Positions 1 through 9,759 of a stretch of DNA of 64,000 bases are shown here, piece after piece. Position 1 is the first letter of the stretch, and every line of letters begins with the position of its first letter. The DNA is taken from assembly GCA_002009975.1 (NCBI GenBank), contig MTLP01000031.1, positions 1-64,000 on the forward strand, given 5' to 3'. The DNA is from Thermococcus sp. JdFR-02 (GTDB taxonomy: Archaea; Methanobacteriota_B; Thermococci; Thermococcales; Thermococcaceae). Under the pieces are notes generated by a model, which was given only the letters and a program-made list of their open reading frames with translations, did not search any database and was not told the DNA's origin. The position numbers and the translations under genes are program-made.

Positions 1-179
1 CCTAGGCTGTCGACGAGCATCTTATCCATACCCTTAGGACCCAAAGTAGTCCTAACAGTCTCAGCAACAATCCTAGCAGCCAAAATATTCAACCTCTGTG
101 CATCTCTACCAACATACCTTTGAGTTCCTTCAGGCAAAATAATTACTGGTTGTCCGCCTTGTCCAACTAATTGTGCCAT
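1..179 (-). CDS. ths: Thermosome (group II chaperonin) subunit, N-terminal part; runs off the window start
   Basis: Hand translation [59 protein letters not shown], with the chaperonin [11 protein letters not shown] motif; GGAGGT SD upstream; not in the ORF track. Confidence 0.95.
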   Translation of the reverse strand, partial: MAQLVGQGGQPVIILPEGTQRYVGRDAQRLNILAARIVAETVRTTLGPKGMDKMLVDSL

Positions 180-225
180 TTTCATACCTCCAAATTTTTG
201 ATTCGAAGAACGTGCGTTAGCATTC

Positions 226-240
226 TATAAAAAGCTTTCG
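226..240 (-). promoter_or_regulatory. BRE/TATA promoter of the thermosome gene
   Basis: Minus strand CGAAAGCTTTTTATA about 50 nt upstream of the start. Confidence 0.65.
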
Positions 241-291
241 TTCAAAAAGTCATTTAAAACATGGTAATCCTGAATAAATGCCAAAAAATAG

Positions 292-1089
292 CTATTTTCT
301 TTTCAAAATGCTAAATTTAAAGATAAGTTCATAATAAAGATAGACAGCGAAAATCATAGATAGTATAAAAATCGCTTTTAGCTCAAAGAGAACCCCCAAA
401 TCCCTTTTGAGGACATGAAGACCTGTAGAAGCAACACCTTTTGCAAGCATTGAGAGGGAAAAGATTTCTAATTCCAATGCAAAGGTTGTGAGGATTCTAT
501 TTTTAAACAAAAGTAAAATTGCTCCAAGAGTTCCAGAACCAAAGGTCATGAGAGCAAAAAGTCCCCAGAGTTCATCTGGAGACTCACCAAAATAGGCATA
601 CTTAAGTTCTAAAAAGCCTCTACCAAAGGAGAACAAAATCACAAAAGTGGCAAAGGTTAAGAGAACATTAAACACCCTTTCATTTAAGCTCACACTCTGT
701 TTTTCTTTTGGAAAATTGACTATTGCAAACAAACCAGCGGACAACATTCCCAAAAATGCTAAGTCAACAATTACACAGCTTATATTTTTGCAAGAATCAA
801 TAAAGTGGGCATTTAACTTATCGATGGATAATGACATGAATGCTAACGCTACTCCAGCCCCCACAAAAAATCTAACTCTATCCTTAAACCCAAAGATAAA
901 AATCAAGCCAAGCAATAAAATTGGTAGCTCCGCTAAAATTAGTTTTGTTCCACTAACCTTAATGCCCCAAATCCAGCCTTCGGGATTTATTGCCAAGAAT
1001 ATTATTCCAAGAACGAAGAATATAATCGATTGAGGCAGAAAGCCTATATATAGGAGGGCTGAGAGTAAACTTTTAGACTTAACCTTCAT
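292..1089 (-). CDS. Hypothetical polytopic membrane protein (about 8 TM)
   Basis: 265 aa with many hydrophobic segments; GGTGG SD-like site; no recognised motif. Confidence 0.75.
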   Translation of the reverse strand: MKVKSKSLLSALLYIGFLPQSIIFFVLGIIFLAINPEGWIWGIKVSGTKLILAELPILLLGLIFIFGFKDRVRFFVGAGVALAFMSLSIDKLNAHFIDSCKNISCVIVDLAFLGMLSAGLFAIVNFPKEKQSVSLNERVFNVLLTFATFVILFSFGRGFLELKYAYFGESPDELWGLFALMTFGSGTLGAILLLFKNRILTTFALELEIFSLSMLAKGVASTGLHVLKRDLGVLFELKAIFILSMIFAVYLYYELIFKFSILKRK

Positions 1090-1142
1090 GCAACCACCAA
1101 TCTAAATTAATTAAATGAGATAAAAAGTTTAGGGTGAGGTTT

Positions 1143-1811
1143 ATGGAACTGATAAAACAAGGTGCAGAGGCTAAGATTTATCTAGCGAGATTTGAGGAGC
1201 TTTATTTTCCATTTAATGATGAAAAAGTTATTGTAAAATATAGGTTACCAAAGCGTTATAGAATAAAGGAAATTGATGAAAAGCTAAGAAAAGAAAGGAC
1301 AGTCAGAGAAGCGAGACTTTTGCACAGGGCTAAAGAATTCGGTGTGAATGTTCCTCACATTTATGAAGTTGATCTGAAAGATATGAAGATAGTTATGGAG
1401 TTTATAGAAGGAGAGAGATTAAAGGAGCTTTTAGAGAAAGTACCGATGGAAGAAAGACTAGAGCTTTGTAGAGAAATTGGGAGGCAATTGGGAAGGCTTC
1501 ACAATGCCGGCATAATTCATGGCGATTTAACGACTTCAAACATGATTTTAAGAGAGGGAAAAATTTACTTCATCGATTTTGGTCTTGGTGAGTTTGATGA
1601 CACTCTAGAAACCCAAGGCGTTGACTTGCACTTATTAAAGAGAGCAATGGAAAGCACACACTACAAGTGGTTTGAAAAAGGATTTGAAGCTGTTCTTGAA
1701 GGCTATGCAGAGGTTAGAGGAAAAGAAAAGGAAAAAGAGTTAAGAGAAAAAATTGACGAGATCGAGAGCAGGGGAAGATACGTGAAAGAAAGAAAGTGGA
1801 TGAAGGGTTAA
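1143..1811 (+). CDS. bud32: KEOPS complex kinase Bud32
   Basis: KQGAEA P-loop, KYRLPKRYR, HGDLTTSN, IDFGL; start moved to ATG 1143 after GGTGAGG SD. Confidence 0.93.
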   Translation: MELIKQGAEAKIYLARFEELYFPFNDEKVIVKYRLPKRYRIKEIDEKLRKERTVREARLLHRAKEFGVNVPHIYEVDLKDMKIVMEFIEGERLKELLEKVPMEERLELCREIGRQLGRLHNAGIIHGDLTTSNMILREGKIYFIDFGLGEFDDTLETQGVDLHLLKRAMESTHYKWFEKGFEAVLEGYAEVRGKEKEKELREKIDEIESRGRYVKERKWMKG

Positions 1812-3508
1812 TCCTTAAATGCCCTAAACACTCTCTCAAAAATTTCTCTCTCCTTTCCTCTCTTTGAGCGATATAAACGCTCAACAATTAACTCTGGAGT
1901 ACTCTTACCCAAAACACCAAATTTTGGCTGTCTATCAACAATTAAGTTCAGCCTTTCATCCAATCCCTTGGCTTCAATTCCATCAACCCTTGCAAAAGGC
2001 AAGAGCTTTTTCAAATCTTCACCCAAATGAGATACAATCACTATGTAAAAGCCATTCTCATATGCAACTTTCAAAAGCTCAGCAATTATTTTTACTGCTG
2101 CACCTGGCTCTGTTATTGCTTCAAACTCATCAATGAGAAGTAACTTTTTCCCCTTTCGCGTTAAAGCCCTAACAAAGGATTTTAAAGCAGTTTCAAATGC
2201 TCCAGCCCCGTAAATACTCTTTTTTCTCCTAAAGAAGAACAGCTCATCCAAAACTTCAACATATGCTTTCTCAGCATTCACTGGAAATCCCATTTGAGTT
2301 AAGATTTGAATCTGAGTAATCAGCTCAAGTAGGGAGGTTTTTCCACCACTGTTAGCTCCAGTTAAAATTATCACTTTCTCACCGTTTGCTCCGTCAAAAG
2401 GAATTTGCGCATTTCCAATTACGTAGCTTATTGGCTGAGGATTCCTGATAAAAAGATGTCTTCCATTAATAAAAGCGATTCCCCCTTCAATAAGTTCTGG
2501 AAATGCGAAACCTTTTGTAAATTCTTTGAGTGCCCTTAAAAACTCAAGCTCATAAGCCCTACTTAACTCTTCCTTAAGCTTTGGTAGCAAATGCTTGATT
2601 TTTTCTAAAACTTCTCTACTCTTTAAATACAGCTCGATTTTAAGTTCTTTTTCAAGCCCTCCCCTCAAAAGCTCAATTTGTTCAGTAAAAACTTCAATTG
2701 GATACAGATTCTCTCTTGAAAAAAGCTCAACAATAATGCCAAGCTTTTCGCTAAGCCTTTTCTCACTTTCATTAATCTCCTTCAAAATTTCCTCTTCAAC
2801 TTCGCTGAAATGCTTAAATATTGCATCATAATTTCCATCCTTTAAATCCCTTAAAAATTCCAAAAGCTCTTCTCCACTCAAAGTTAGACTAAACTTCTTC
2901 AATTTCTCCCCAATTCGTTTATTAAGCTCTCTTTCCTCTTGAGAAATTAGTTCATCCAGATTTTCGAGAAGCTTTTGCCTTTCCATCGTTTCTTCAAGTT
3001 CTTTTAATTGGTTCAAGATTTCTTCAGCAACGCTATTCTCACTAATAATTTCACCAATCTTTGCTAAAGCTTTCAAAGTTTCCCTATTCTCCCAAAGGGG
3101 CATTACATAAAGCTCGGGAGCAACATCACTGACACTAAGCTCAACATCAATTCCATAACCAATTGTGCTTAAGATGATATCATAGCCATCCAGAGGTTCC
3201 GTTGAGACCTCACAAACCCCTAAAGATCGAGCTTCCTCTAATTCATCCTCACTTACCACCAAGAGCCTATCGTGAAGAAAATCTCTCCTAAACCTTATCG
3301 GTTTAATTTTTGCCAAAAGTTCTTTAAGCTCAGGCTTAATTCTTGGAAAATTCTCTTTTAAGTAGAATTGGCGCTTTAGAATTTCTTCTTTATTGTTGGT
3401 TAAGCTAAAGCGTTCAAGATAGGCTAAGCTTTCCTTAAGCTGTATTTCTCTCTTTATTTCACTCAAAATTTGCTTATAAATTTGTCTTGCTTCGCTGTTG
3501 AGTTTCAT
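1808..3508 (-). CDS. MutS-family ATPase (domain V, MutS2-like, no Smr domain apparent)
   Basis: ILTGANSGGKTS Walker A, GAGAFE, LLIDEFE Walker B, VSHL; long coiled coil. Confidence 0.85.
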   Translation of the reverse strand: MKLNSEARQIYKQILSEIKREIQLKESLAYLERFSLTNNKEEILKRQFYLKENFPRIKPELKELLAKIKPIRFRRDFLHDRLLVVSEDELEEARSLGVCEVSTEPLDGYDIILSTIGYGIDVELSVSDVAPELYVMPLWENRETLKALAKIGEIISENSVAEEILNQLKELEETMERQKLLENLDELISQEERELNKRIGEKLKKFSLTLSGEELLEFLRDLKDGNYDAIFKHFSEVEEEILKEINESEKRLSEKLGIIVELFSRENLYPIEVFTEQIELLRGGLEKELKIELYLKSREVLEKIKHLLPKLKEELSRAYELEFLRALKEFTKGFAFPELIEGGIAFINGRHLFIRNPQPISYVIGNAQIPFDGANGEKVIILTGANSGGKTSLLELITQIQILTQMGFPVNAEKAYVEVLDELFFFRRKKSIYGAGAFETALKSFVRALTRKGKKLLLIDEFEAITEPGAAVKIIAELLKVAYENGFYIVIVSHLGEDLKKLLPFARVDGIEAKGLDERLNLIVDRQPKFGVLGKSTPELIVERLYRSKRGKEREIFERVFRAFKD

Positions 3509-3646
3509 ACATACCTACTTCTCTCATCAGCCTTATAAAAATTAGGAATCCAATCTATTAAAGTGAAGGTAGTGAGCGCTGTTAGCAAAAACATTCTTCA
3601 CGATTAGGAGCATAAAGTTCAAAAATCTCATAACTAATCTTTAAAT

Positions 3647-4159
3647 ATGTTAGAGAGGCTTCTCAAACCAAAGTTTATAGTTTTCATGGTAAGATATCTC
3701 CCCAATCCAAAGACAGACGAATTGCTTTTAGAATTAAAGACTAGAGCTACTCGATTTGCTGAAGTAAAAGACAACTCTGAGCTAGAGACGAAGATTGAAC
3801 CTTTTATAGCATCTCTTCTTGAAGAAAAGTACATCTACATTGTAAAATTCTCGGAAAAAGTATTTATCTTTGCAGGCTATGAACCTCTGTTAAAATTCTC
3901 CTCTGGTGATAAAATTCTTGTCAAGCATGAAGAAGCACTTTTAAAAGTCGTCAAGGGCGAATTTGTTAGAAAAGAGAAAATCAGAAGAGTTCTTTTTTCA
4001 ATTTTGTTTGCCATGTTAATTAGCTTGATGCTTTCATATGGAACTCTTGACAAACCTTTTTCTTGGTCTCTCTACTTCATTTTAATTGTCATTGGTGATC
4101 TTATACTTCGTATTCTTGAGTATATACTCGTTGGTTATTGTACGGACTGGGCAATCTAA
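3647..4159 (+). CDS. Hypothetical protein with two C-terminal TM helices
   Basis: 170 aa ORF filling the intergenic gap; hydrophobic C-terminus. Confidence 0.65.
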   Translation: MLERLLKPKFIVFMVRYLPNPKTDELLLELKTRATRFAEVKDNSELETKIEPFIASLLEEKYIYIVKFSEKVFIFAGYEPLLKFSSGDKILVKHEEALLKVVKGEFVRKEKIRRVLFSILFAMLISLMLSYGTLDKPFSWSLYFILIVIGDLILRILEYILVGYCTDWAI

Positions 4160-4161
4160 AC

Positions 4162-4626
4162 TCATGTACCTTTTACTTTTCCAACAACCCTAATATCATA
4201 AATCCTCGTAAATGGGTATTGTCCTTTCTCATCCTTTTCTACTGCCTTAACCATGTCCCAAATGGTCAGCAAGGCAACGCTTACACCTGTTAAAGCCTCC
4301 ATTTCAACTCCAGTTTTGTAATACGCTCTAACTTCGCACGTTGCTTCTATGTAATCCTCACCAAATTCAAAGTTTATGTCAACTCCTGTTAGAGGAATTG
4401 GATGACAAAGAGGAATTATCTCCCAAGTTCTCTTTACCGCCAAAATTCCAGCTATTTGTGCACTCGCAATAACGTTTCCTTTCTTTGTTTTTCCTTCTTG
4501 AATGAGCCTTATAGTTTCAGGTTTGAGCTTTATCTTTCCCTTCGCTACAGCTTTTCTAAAGATTACCTCTTTATGCCCAACTTCGACCATCTTAACACCT
4601 TTTTCATCTACATGTGTCAATTCCAT
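4162..4626 (-). CDS. moaC: Cyclic pyranopterin monophosphate synthase MoaC
   Basis: [32 protein letters not shown]. Confidence 0.97.
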   Translation of the reverse strand: MELTHVDEKGVKMVEVGHKEVIFRKAVAKGKIKLKPETIRLIQEGKTKKGNVIASAQIAGILAVKRTWEIIPLCHPIPLTGVDINFEFGEDYIEATCEVRAYYKTGVEMEALTGVSVALLTIWDMVKAVEKDEKGQYPFTRIYDIRVVGKVKGT

Positions 4627-4716
4627 AGTTCACACCTAAAAACCACTAGAGTGGGAAAAGTATTTAAGTATTGAAGTCCAAGAATACATCGAGGTCCGAG
4701 GTATGGAGGGATAACC

Positions 4717-5046
4717 ATGGAGAAATTTATTATTACAACAACTGAATCTGTTCCGGGATATAAGATTGTTAAGGTTCTTGGTGTCGCAAGAGGAGCAACT
4801 GTTAGGGCTAAGCATATCGGTAAGGACATTTTAGCTGGGCTTAGAAATATAGTGGGTGGAGAGGTTAAGGAGTATAGCGAAATGCTTGCAGAGGCAAGGG
4901 AAGTTGCTATACAAAGGATGATTGAACATGCAAAAAGCATGGGAGCCAATGCTGTTATTGGAGTTCGCTTCATGACTTCAAGCATAGCCGCTGGAGCTGC
5001 AGAGATCTTTGCTTATGGAACTGCTGTTATCATTGAAAAAGAGTGA
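4717..5046 (+). CDS. YbjQ/UPF0145 family protein
   Basis: TTTESVPGY, GLRNIVGGE, AKSMGANAVIGV, AYGTAV. Confidence 0.92.
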   Translation: MEKFIITTTESVPGYKIVKVLGVARGATVRAKHIGKDILAGLRNIVGGEVKEYSEMLAEAREVAIQRMIEHAKSMGANAVIGVRFMTSSIAAGAAEIFAYGTAVIIEKE

Positions 5047-5066
5047 CCTTTTTTCTTAACTTTTAT

Positions 5067-5116
5067 CGTAAGATTTATAAGTTATAAAGTTTAATTGTTG
5101 TAAAGTTAACTTTACA
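5067..5116 (+). promoter_or_regulatory. Promoter (TATA TTTATAA 5074-5080) plus a perfect 18-bp palindromic operator TGTAAAGTTAACTTTACA (5099-5116)
   Basis: Palindrome read directly; it lies over the expected transcription start, just before the GAGGTG SD of 5129. Confidence 0.7.
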
Positions 5117-5128
5117 TGAGGTGGGAGC

Positions 5129-6079
5129 ATGAATCCCATTCTTAACATTGCAATGAAGGAGGTTTATATTCAACTGAAGACTAAGAGATTTTACATCATA
5201 ATCGGACTCTTTACTCTGCTTTCTCTTGGTTTTGTCTACTTAATAAAGAGCGTTGTTATGGGAAATCCAGAAACTATGAGATTTTATGAAGAACTTTATA
5301 AAGGTGCTTCACCTTTCCAGATGATATTCACATCCTCCTTCTCTGGTGCATTGAGTAATTTACTTCCATTTTTGGGTGGTTTACTTGGTTTTGACTTAAT
5401 AAACAGGGAAATTGAAAGAGGAACAATCAAAATAACCCTAAGCAAGCCTATATATAGAGATCAGTTTATAACTGGGAAGTTTTTGGGTTCAACCTTTACA
5501 ATTCTTGTCGGACTCGGAATATTCTACACCTTAACGATTGCATTTTCTCTTCTTTTAGGGATCCCCATAAGCGGAAAAGACCTAACAATGCTCCTTGCAA
5601 CATTCCCATTTTCTCTACTTTATACGCTTGTATTTTTAGCCCTCGGAACATTGTTCTCTATTATCGTGAAGAAGCCATCTACTGCTCTAATTGAACTAGT
5701 ACTTTCCATATTCTTCCTGCAGTTTATCTATCCGGTAATAGTTAGCATTGTTACAATGTTCTTAATGCGTGAACAAATTTTCCAAAACATGGCAACAAAC
5801 AATCAAGCAGTGATGCCAAATTTTGAAGAATATTACAAAATGGTAATGAGGTTAACATACATAGTTCCCTCAACTCACTATGGTGCAATAATGGGATCAA
5901 TCTTTGGTCAAAAAGTAGGAATGAGTGGTATTCAATTCTTTGGAGGGAGCTTATTCGAGGAGCGCTCACTTTTAGAGAGCTTAAGCTTAGTTTGGCAGAA
6001 TATTGTAACTTTAATAGTTATGCTGCTCCTGCCTTTCGCAATAGCCTATGCAAAGTTCATGAGAATGGATGTAAAGTGA
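5129..6079 (+). CDS. ABC-2/NosY-like ABC exporter permease (paralog 1)
   Basis: GFDLINREIERGTIK..LSKPIYRDQ..GKFLG; about 6 TM. Confidence 0.88.
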   Translation: MNPILNIAMKEVYIQLKTKRFYIIIGLFTLLSLGFVYLIKSVVMGNPETMRFYEELYKGASPFQMIFTSSFSGALSNLLPFLGGLLGFDLINREIERGTIKITLSKPIYRDQFITGKFLGSTFTILVGLGIFYTLTIAFSLLLGIPISGKDLTMLLATFPFSLLYTLVFLALGTLFSIIVKKPSTALIELVLSIFFLQFIYPVIVSIVTMFLMREQIFQNMATNNQAVMPNFEEYYKMVMRLTYIVPSTHYGAIMGSIFGQKVGMSGIQFFGGSLFEERSLLESLSLVWQNIVTLIVMLLLPFAIAYAKFMRMDVK

Positions 6080-6081
6080 TT

Positions 6082-6642
6082 CTAAACTAAGCTCTCTGCA
6101 ATTTTTACAGTTATTTTTGCTTCAATTAAAGCGGCGATGAAAATTAAAACTATTGAAATTGCTACGAGCTTGAAGAATTCCTTAGCGTCTTCTTCACTAA
6201 TGATCTCTTCCTTTTTACCCAAGGCAAATCTTAAGGCTTCGTAAGGAATCTTGAAGCCAGCTGCTCCGGCTATAATTAAAGCAGGGATTTCGAAAACACC
6301 ATGAGGAAAAATGAGTAGAAAAAACGCTTTAAGCTCTCCCGAGAGTAGAGAGTCATAAAATAGTGTTCCTAGATTTATGCCATTGAAAATCAAGTTCAGG
6401 AGTGTTAAACCGCCAAAAGTCAAGGCACCACCAAATGAGAGAAGTAGAACAACCTTAAGGTTATTCGTAAAGATGCTATTAAAAGAAGGTAAATTTGTAT
6501 TGACTTCGTATTCTAACAAGGGGGCTAAGTCTACACCATGTGGAATCTTGTAGCGTTTTGAAAGGCTTAATCCGAGAAGGAAGCCTAAGAATAAAAGAAA
6601 AACTGGAAAGGTTGCAAATTTAACGTTTATTCTATTTCCCAT
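6082..6642 (-). CDS. SpoIIM/DUF95 family membrane protein
   Basis: Family motifs IFTNNLKV, FNGINLG, PHGVFEIPA and C-terminal IAALIEA. Confidence 0.9.
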   Translation of the reverse strand: MGNRINVKFATFPVFLLFLGFLLGLSLSKRYKIPHGVDLAPLLEYEVNTNLPSFNSIFTNNLKVVLLLSFGGALTFGGLTLLNLIFNGINLGTLFYDSLLSGELKAFFLLIFPHGVFEIPALIIAGAAGFKIPYEALRFALGKKEEIISEEDAKEFFKLVAISIVLIFIAALIEAKITVKIAESLV

Positions 6643-6976
6643 GCTGTTCCACCATTGCTTTATCTTTTCCTTGTAACTCTTTCCTTACTTCTTCAATGGT
6701 TCCAAGGAAACCAGCAAACCCTATTATCAATAGTGCGAACCCTAATGAGGATCCTATGAAACTTTCCATCGAGTAAACTAGTGGTCTTTCAATCAGTCCA
6801 ACAAGCTGCCAAAGTAAGATTATTATGCTGATAAAAACCCCTGGCACAATGCTTAGCATGATATCCTTTAGCGTTATTTTGCATTTCCCTAGAGTTACAT
6901 AGAACTTCATTTTGCTGTCCCTTAAGGTATTCTGAAGTTTTTCTATCCTAACTATTTTTATAATTTCCTTTGGCAT
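6632..6976 (-). CDS. Small 2-TM membrane protein, candidate immunity/accessory protein (start uncertain: 6976 or 6910)
   Basis: Basic N-terminus plus two hydrophobic helices; overlaps both neighbours, suggesting translational coupling. Confidence 0.65.
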   Translation of the reverse strand: MPKEIIKIVRIEKLQNTLRDSKMKFYVTLGKCKITLKDIMLSIVPGVFISIIILLWQLVGLIERPLVYSMESFIGSSLGFALLIIGFAGFLGTIEEVRKELQGKDKAMVEQHGK

Positions 6977-7352
6977 TGTTCCACTTCCCAGAGTATAAGG
7001 TAAGCAATGTAAGCACAAGACATCCGACTATTAGGGTATAGGCATCTCTCACAGAAGTCTTCATAAGGTTCAAAACCCCTGCAATGACCGCCATACTTAA
7101 GAATACACAAAGCCCAATCCAGAGTAGAAGCGTGAAATGTTTTATCTCAATCTCATCTTTCTCGGCTTTAATGCCGATGTATGCGAGTATTATAACTACA
7201 TAAGACGTAATGAAAGCTAGGGAAAGGATTGGAAATTCCACTATACTGAGGGATTTTGAGATAACAATCTCAGCAAGCAAAGCAGAGAAAATAGCTGTCA
7301 AGAATATTCTTCCTAATAACTTTTCGAGATCTTTCAGTTTTACTCTGCTCAT
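6948..7352 (-). CDS. Small 4-TM membrane protein, candidate immunity/accessory protein
   Basis: 134 aa from ATG 7352 after GAGGTGA SD; four hydrophobic helices. Confidence 0.75.
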   Translation of the reverse strand: MSRVKLKDLEKLLGRIFLTAIFSALLAEIVISKSLSIVEFPILSLAFITSYVVIILAYIGIKAEKDEIEIKHFTLLLWIGLCVFLSMAVIAGVLNLMKTSVRDAYTLIVGCLVLTLLTLYSGKWNNAKGNYKNS

Positions 7353-7369
7353 TTTACTCACCTCGTTAT

Positions 7370-7385
7370 AAATAAAAATTAAAAA
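7370..7385 (-). terminator. Oligo-T tract after the peptide gene (probable partial terminator)
   Basis: Minus strand TTTTTAATTTTTATTT immediately after the TGA. Confidence 0.4.
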
Positions 7386-7691
7386 TCAAGCAGTATCAAT
7401 AACAGCAAGAACCAAAAATCCTTTACCTGCGAATCTACAGAACTTTGTAAATTTTGATGCTCTTCTAAATACCTTTGAAGCTGCAAGAAATCCCCCTCCC
7501 ATTGTCACATGTTTGAGAGCTGCATCAGTCCAACCGAAATATCCTTTAACAAATTCACTAAACCTACCAGTTTTATGCCATCTGTATGCTCCATATGCAA
7601 TTCCTATCTCCGCCTTTTCTTCAACTGCTCCACTCACAACCATTCCTACAGCCATCAACACTAGCCCCAACACCAAAGCCTTCCTCCACAT
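7386..7691 (-). CDS. Secreted cationic amphipathic peptide, putative bacteriocin-like (archaeocin) precursor
   Basis: 101 aa from ATG 7691 after GGAGGTG SD; about 22-aa signal peptide, then a Gly/Ala/Phe-rich, K/R-rich core; first gene of the SpoIIM cassette. Confidence 0.7.
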   Translation of the reverse strand: MWRKALVLGLVLMAVGMVVSGAVEEKAEIGIAYGAYRWHKTGRFSEFVKGYFGWTDAALKHVTMGGGFLAASKVFRRASKFTKFCRFAGKGFLVLAVIDTA

Positions 7692-7737
7692 TTGAAACAC
7701 CTCCTAATTTCCCACTTGTAATTTGCTGTCCGAATAC

Positions 7738-7753
7738 TATTTAAAGTTTTCTT
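7738..7753 (-). promoter_or_regulatory. BRE/TATA promoter of the peptide-SpoIIM cassette
   Basis: Minus strand AAGAAAACTTTAAATA about 50 nt upstream of ATG 7691. Confidence 0.6.
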
Positions 7754-7858
7754 TATATTTCATAATTACTATTGACATTTTTATGATAATTAAACGAAAA
7801 ATATAATAATGATGAATAGTAATACTTTTAAGCAAATAAAACATTATTTAAAAAGGTG

Positions 7859-8836
7859 ATGGAGATGAAGGCTCTGAACATTGCCCTAAAGGATTTTGAA
7901 GTCAGCATAAAAACAAAGCGCTTTCAAATAATAATTGCACTTTTTGCACTTCTATCACTGGGGATGGTTTACTACTCAAAAAGACTCGGTGTGAGCCAGG
8001 AGCTTTACAAAACACCCTTTCAAATGCTTTTTCTTTCAAGCTTTTCGAATAGCTTTAACTATATTATAACATTGCTTGCAATAATCTTAGGCAGCACATT
8101 GATAAACAGCGAAATAGAAAAAGGAACATTAAGGGTTTTAGCCTCAAAACCTCTCTACAGAGACCAAATCGTCTTTGGCAAATTTCTTGGAGGAGCGATG
8201 ATATTAACCGTTGCATTAACATTGTTCTATCTTCTAACATTAGCATCCTCATTATTGCTTGGAATACCTATTACAGTCGCAGATTTAGAAAAACTTGCCG
8301 TCACTTTCCCATTTAGTCTCTTTTATGGATTAGTCTTTCTAAATCTTGGGCTCTTAATTTCGACATTTATCAAAAAGCCAAAAAATGCTTTAATCTTAGG
8401 GGTTTTTCTTTTCATATTCTTTTCTTTCATACTTCCGATAATAGCTGGAATAATAGGGTTTGCAGTTGCTGGTTTACCTCCAATTCCAAACATTCCAGAA
8501 AATACCACTGACTTAACAGAGGAGCAGCTTCAAGAATTTTTCATTAAAGACCCAACTTATCAAGAATGGCTAACTAAATTAACACAAACATCGGAAAAAG
8601 TTCTAATGATCTCCCCGAACTACCACTATCAAGAGATCCTAAGAATACTCTTTGGAGCAAAGCCCCAAATAAGCGAAATAGTTTCTGCCTTTGTTTATAA
8701 TCAGAATGTTGTTGAAGATCGTCCACTTAAAGAATCCCTTTCTTTAATTTGGCAAAACATAACAACTTTAATAGTAATGTTTTTATTATCCTTTATCCTA
8801 ACTTACACCAAATTTATGAAGATGAGCTTGAGGTGA
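7859..8836 (+). CDS. ABC-2/NosY-like permease (paralog 2)
   Basis: INSEIEKGTLRVLASKPLYRDQIVFGKFLG; start may be 7865. Confidence 0.88.
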   Translation: MEMKALNIALKDFEVSIKTKRFQIIIALFALLSLGMVYYSKRLGVSQELYKTPFQMLFLSSFSNSFNYIITLLAIILGSTLINSEIEKGTLRVLASKPLYRDQIVFGKFLGGAMILTVALTLFYLLTLASSLLLGIPITVADLEKLAVTFPFSLFYGLVFLNLGLLISTFIKKPKNALILGVFLFIFFSFILPIIAGIIGFAVAGLPPIPNIPENTTDLTEEQLQEFFIKDPTYQEWLTKLTQTSEKVLMISPNYHYQEILRILFGAKPQISEIVSAFVYNQNVVEDRPLKESLSLIWQNITTLIVMFLLSFILTYTKFMKMSLR

Positions 8837-8841
8837 GAAAT

Positions 8842-9758
<917 letters not shown>

Positions 9759-9759
<1 letters not shown>

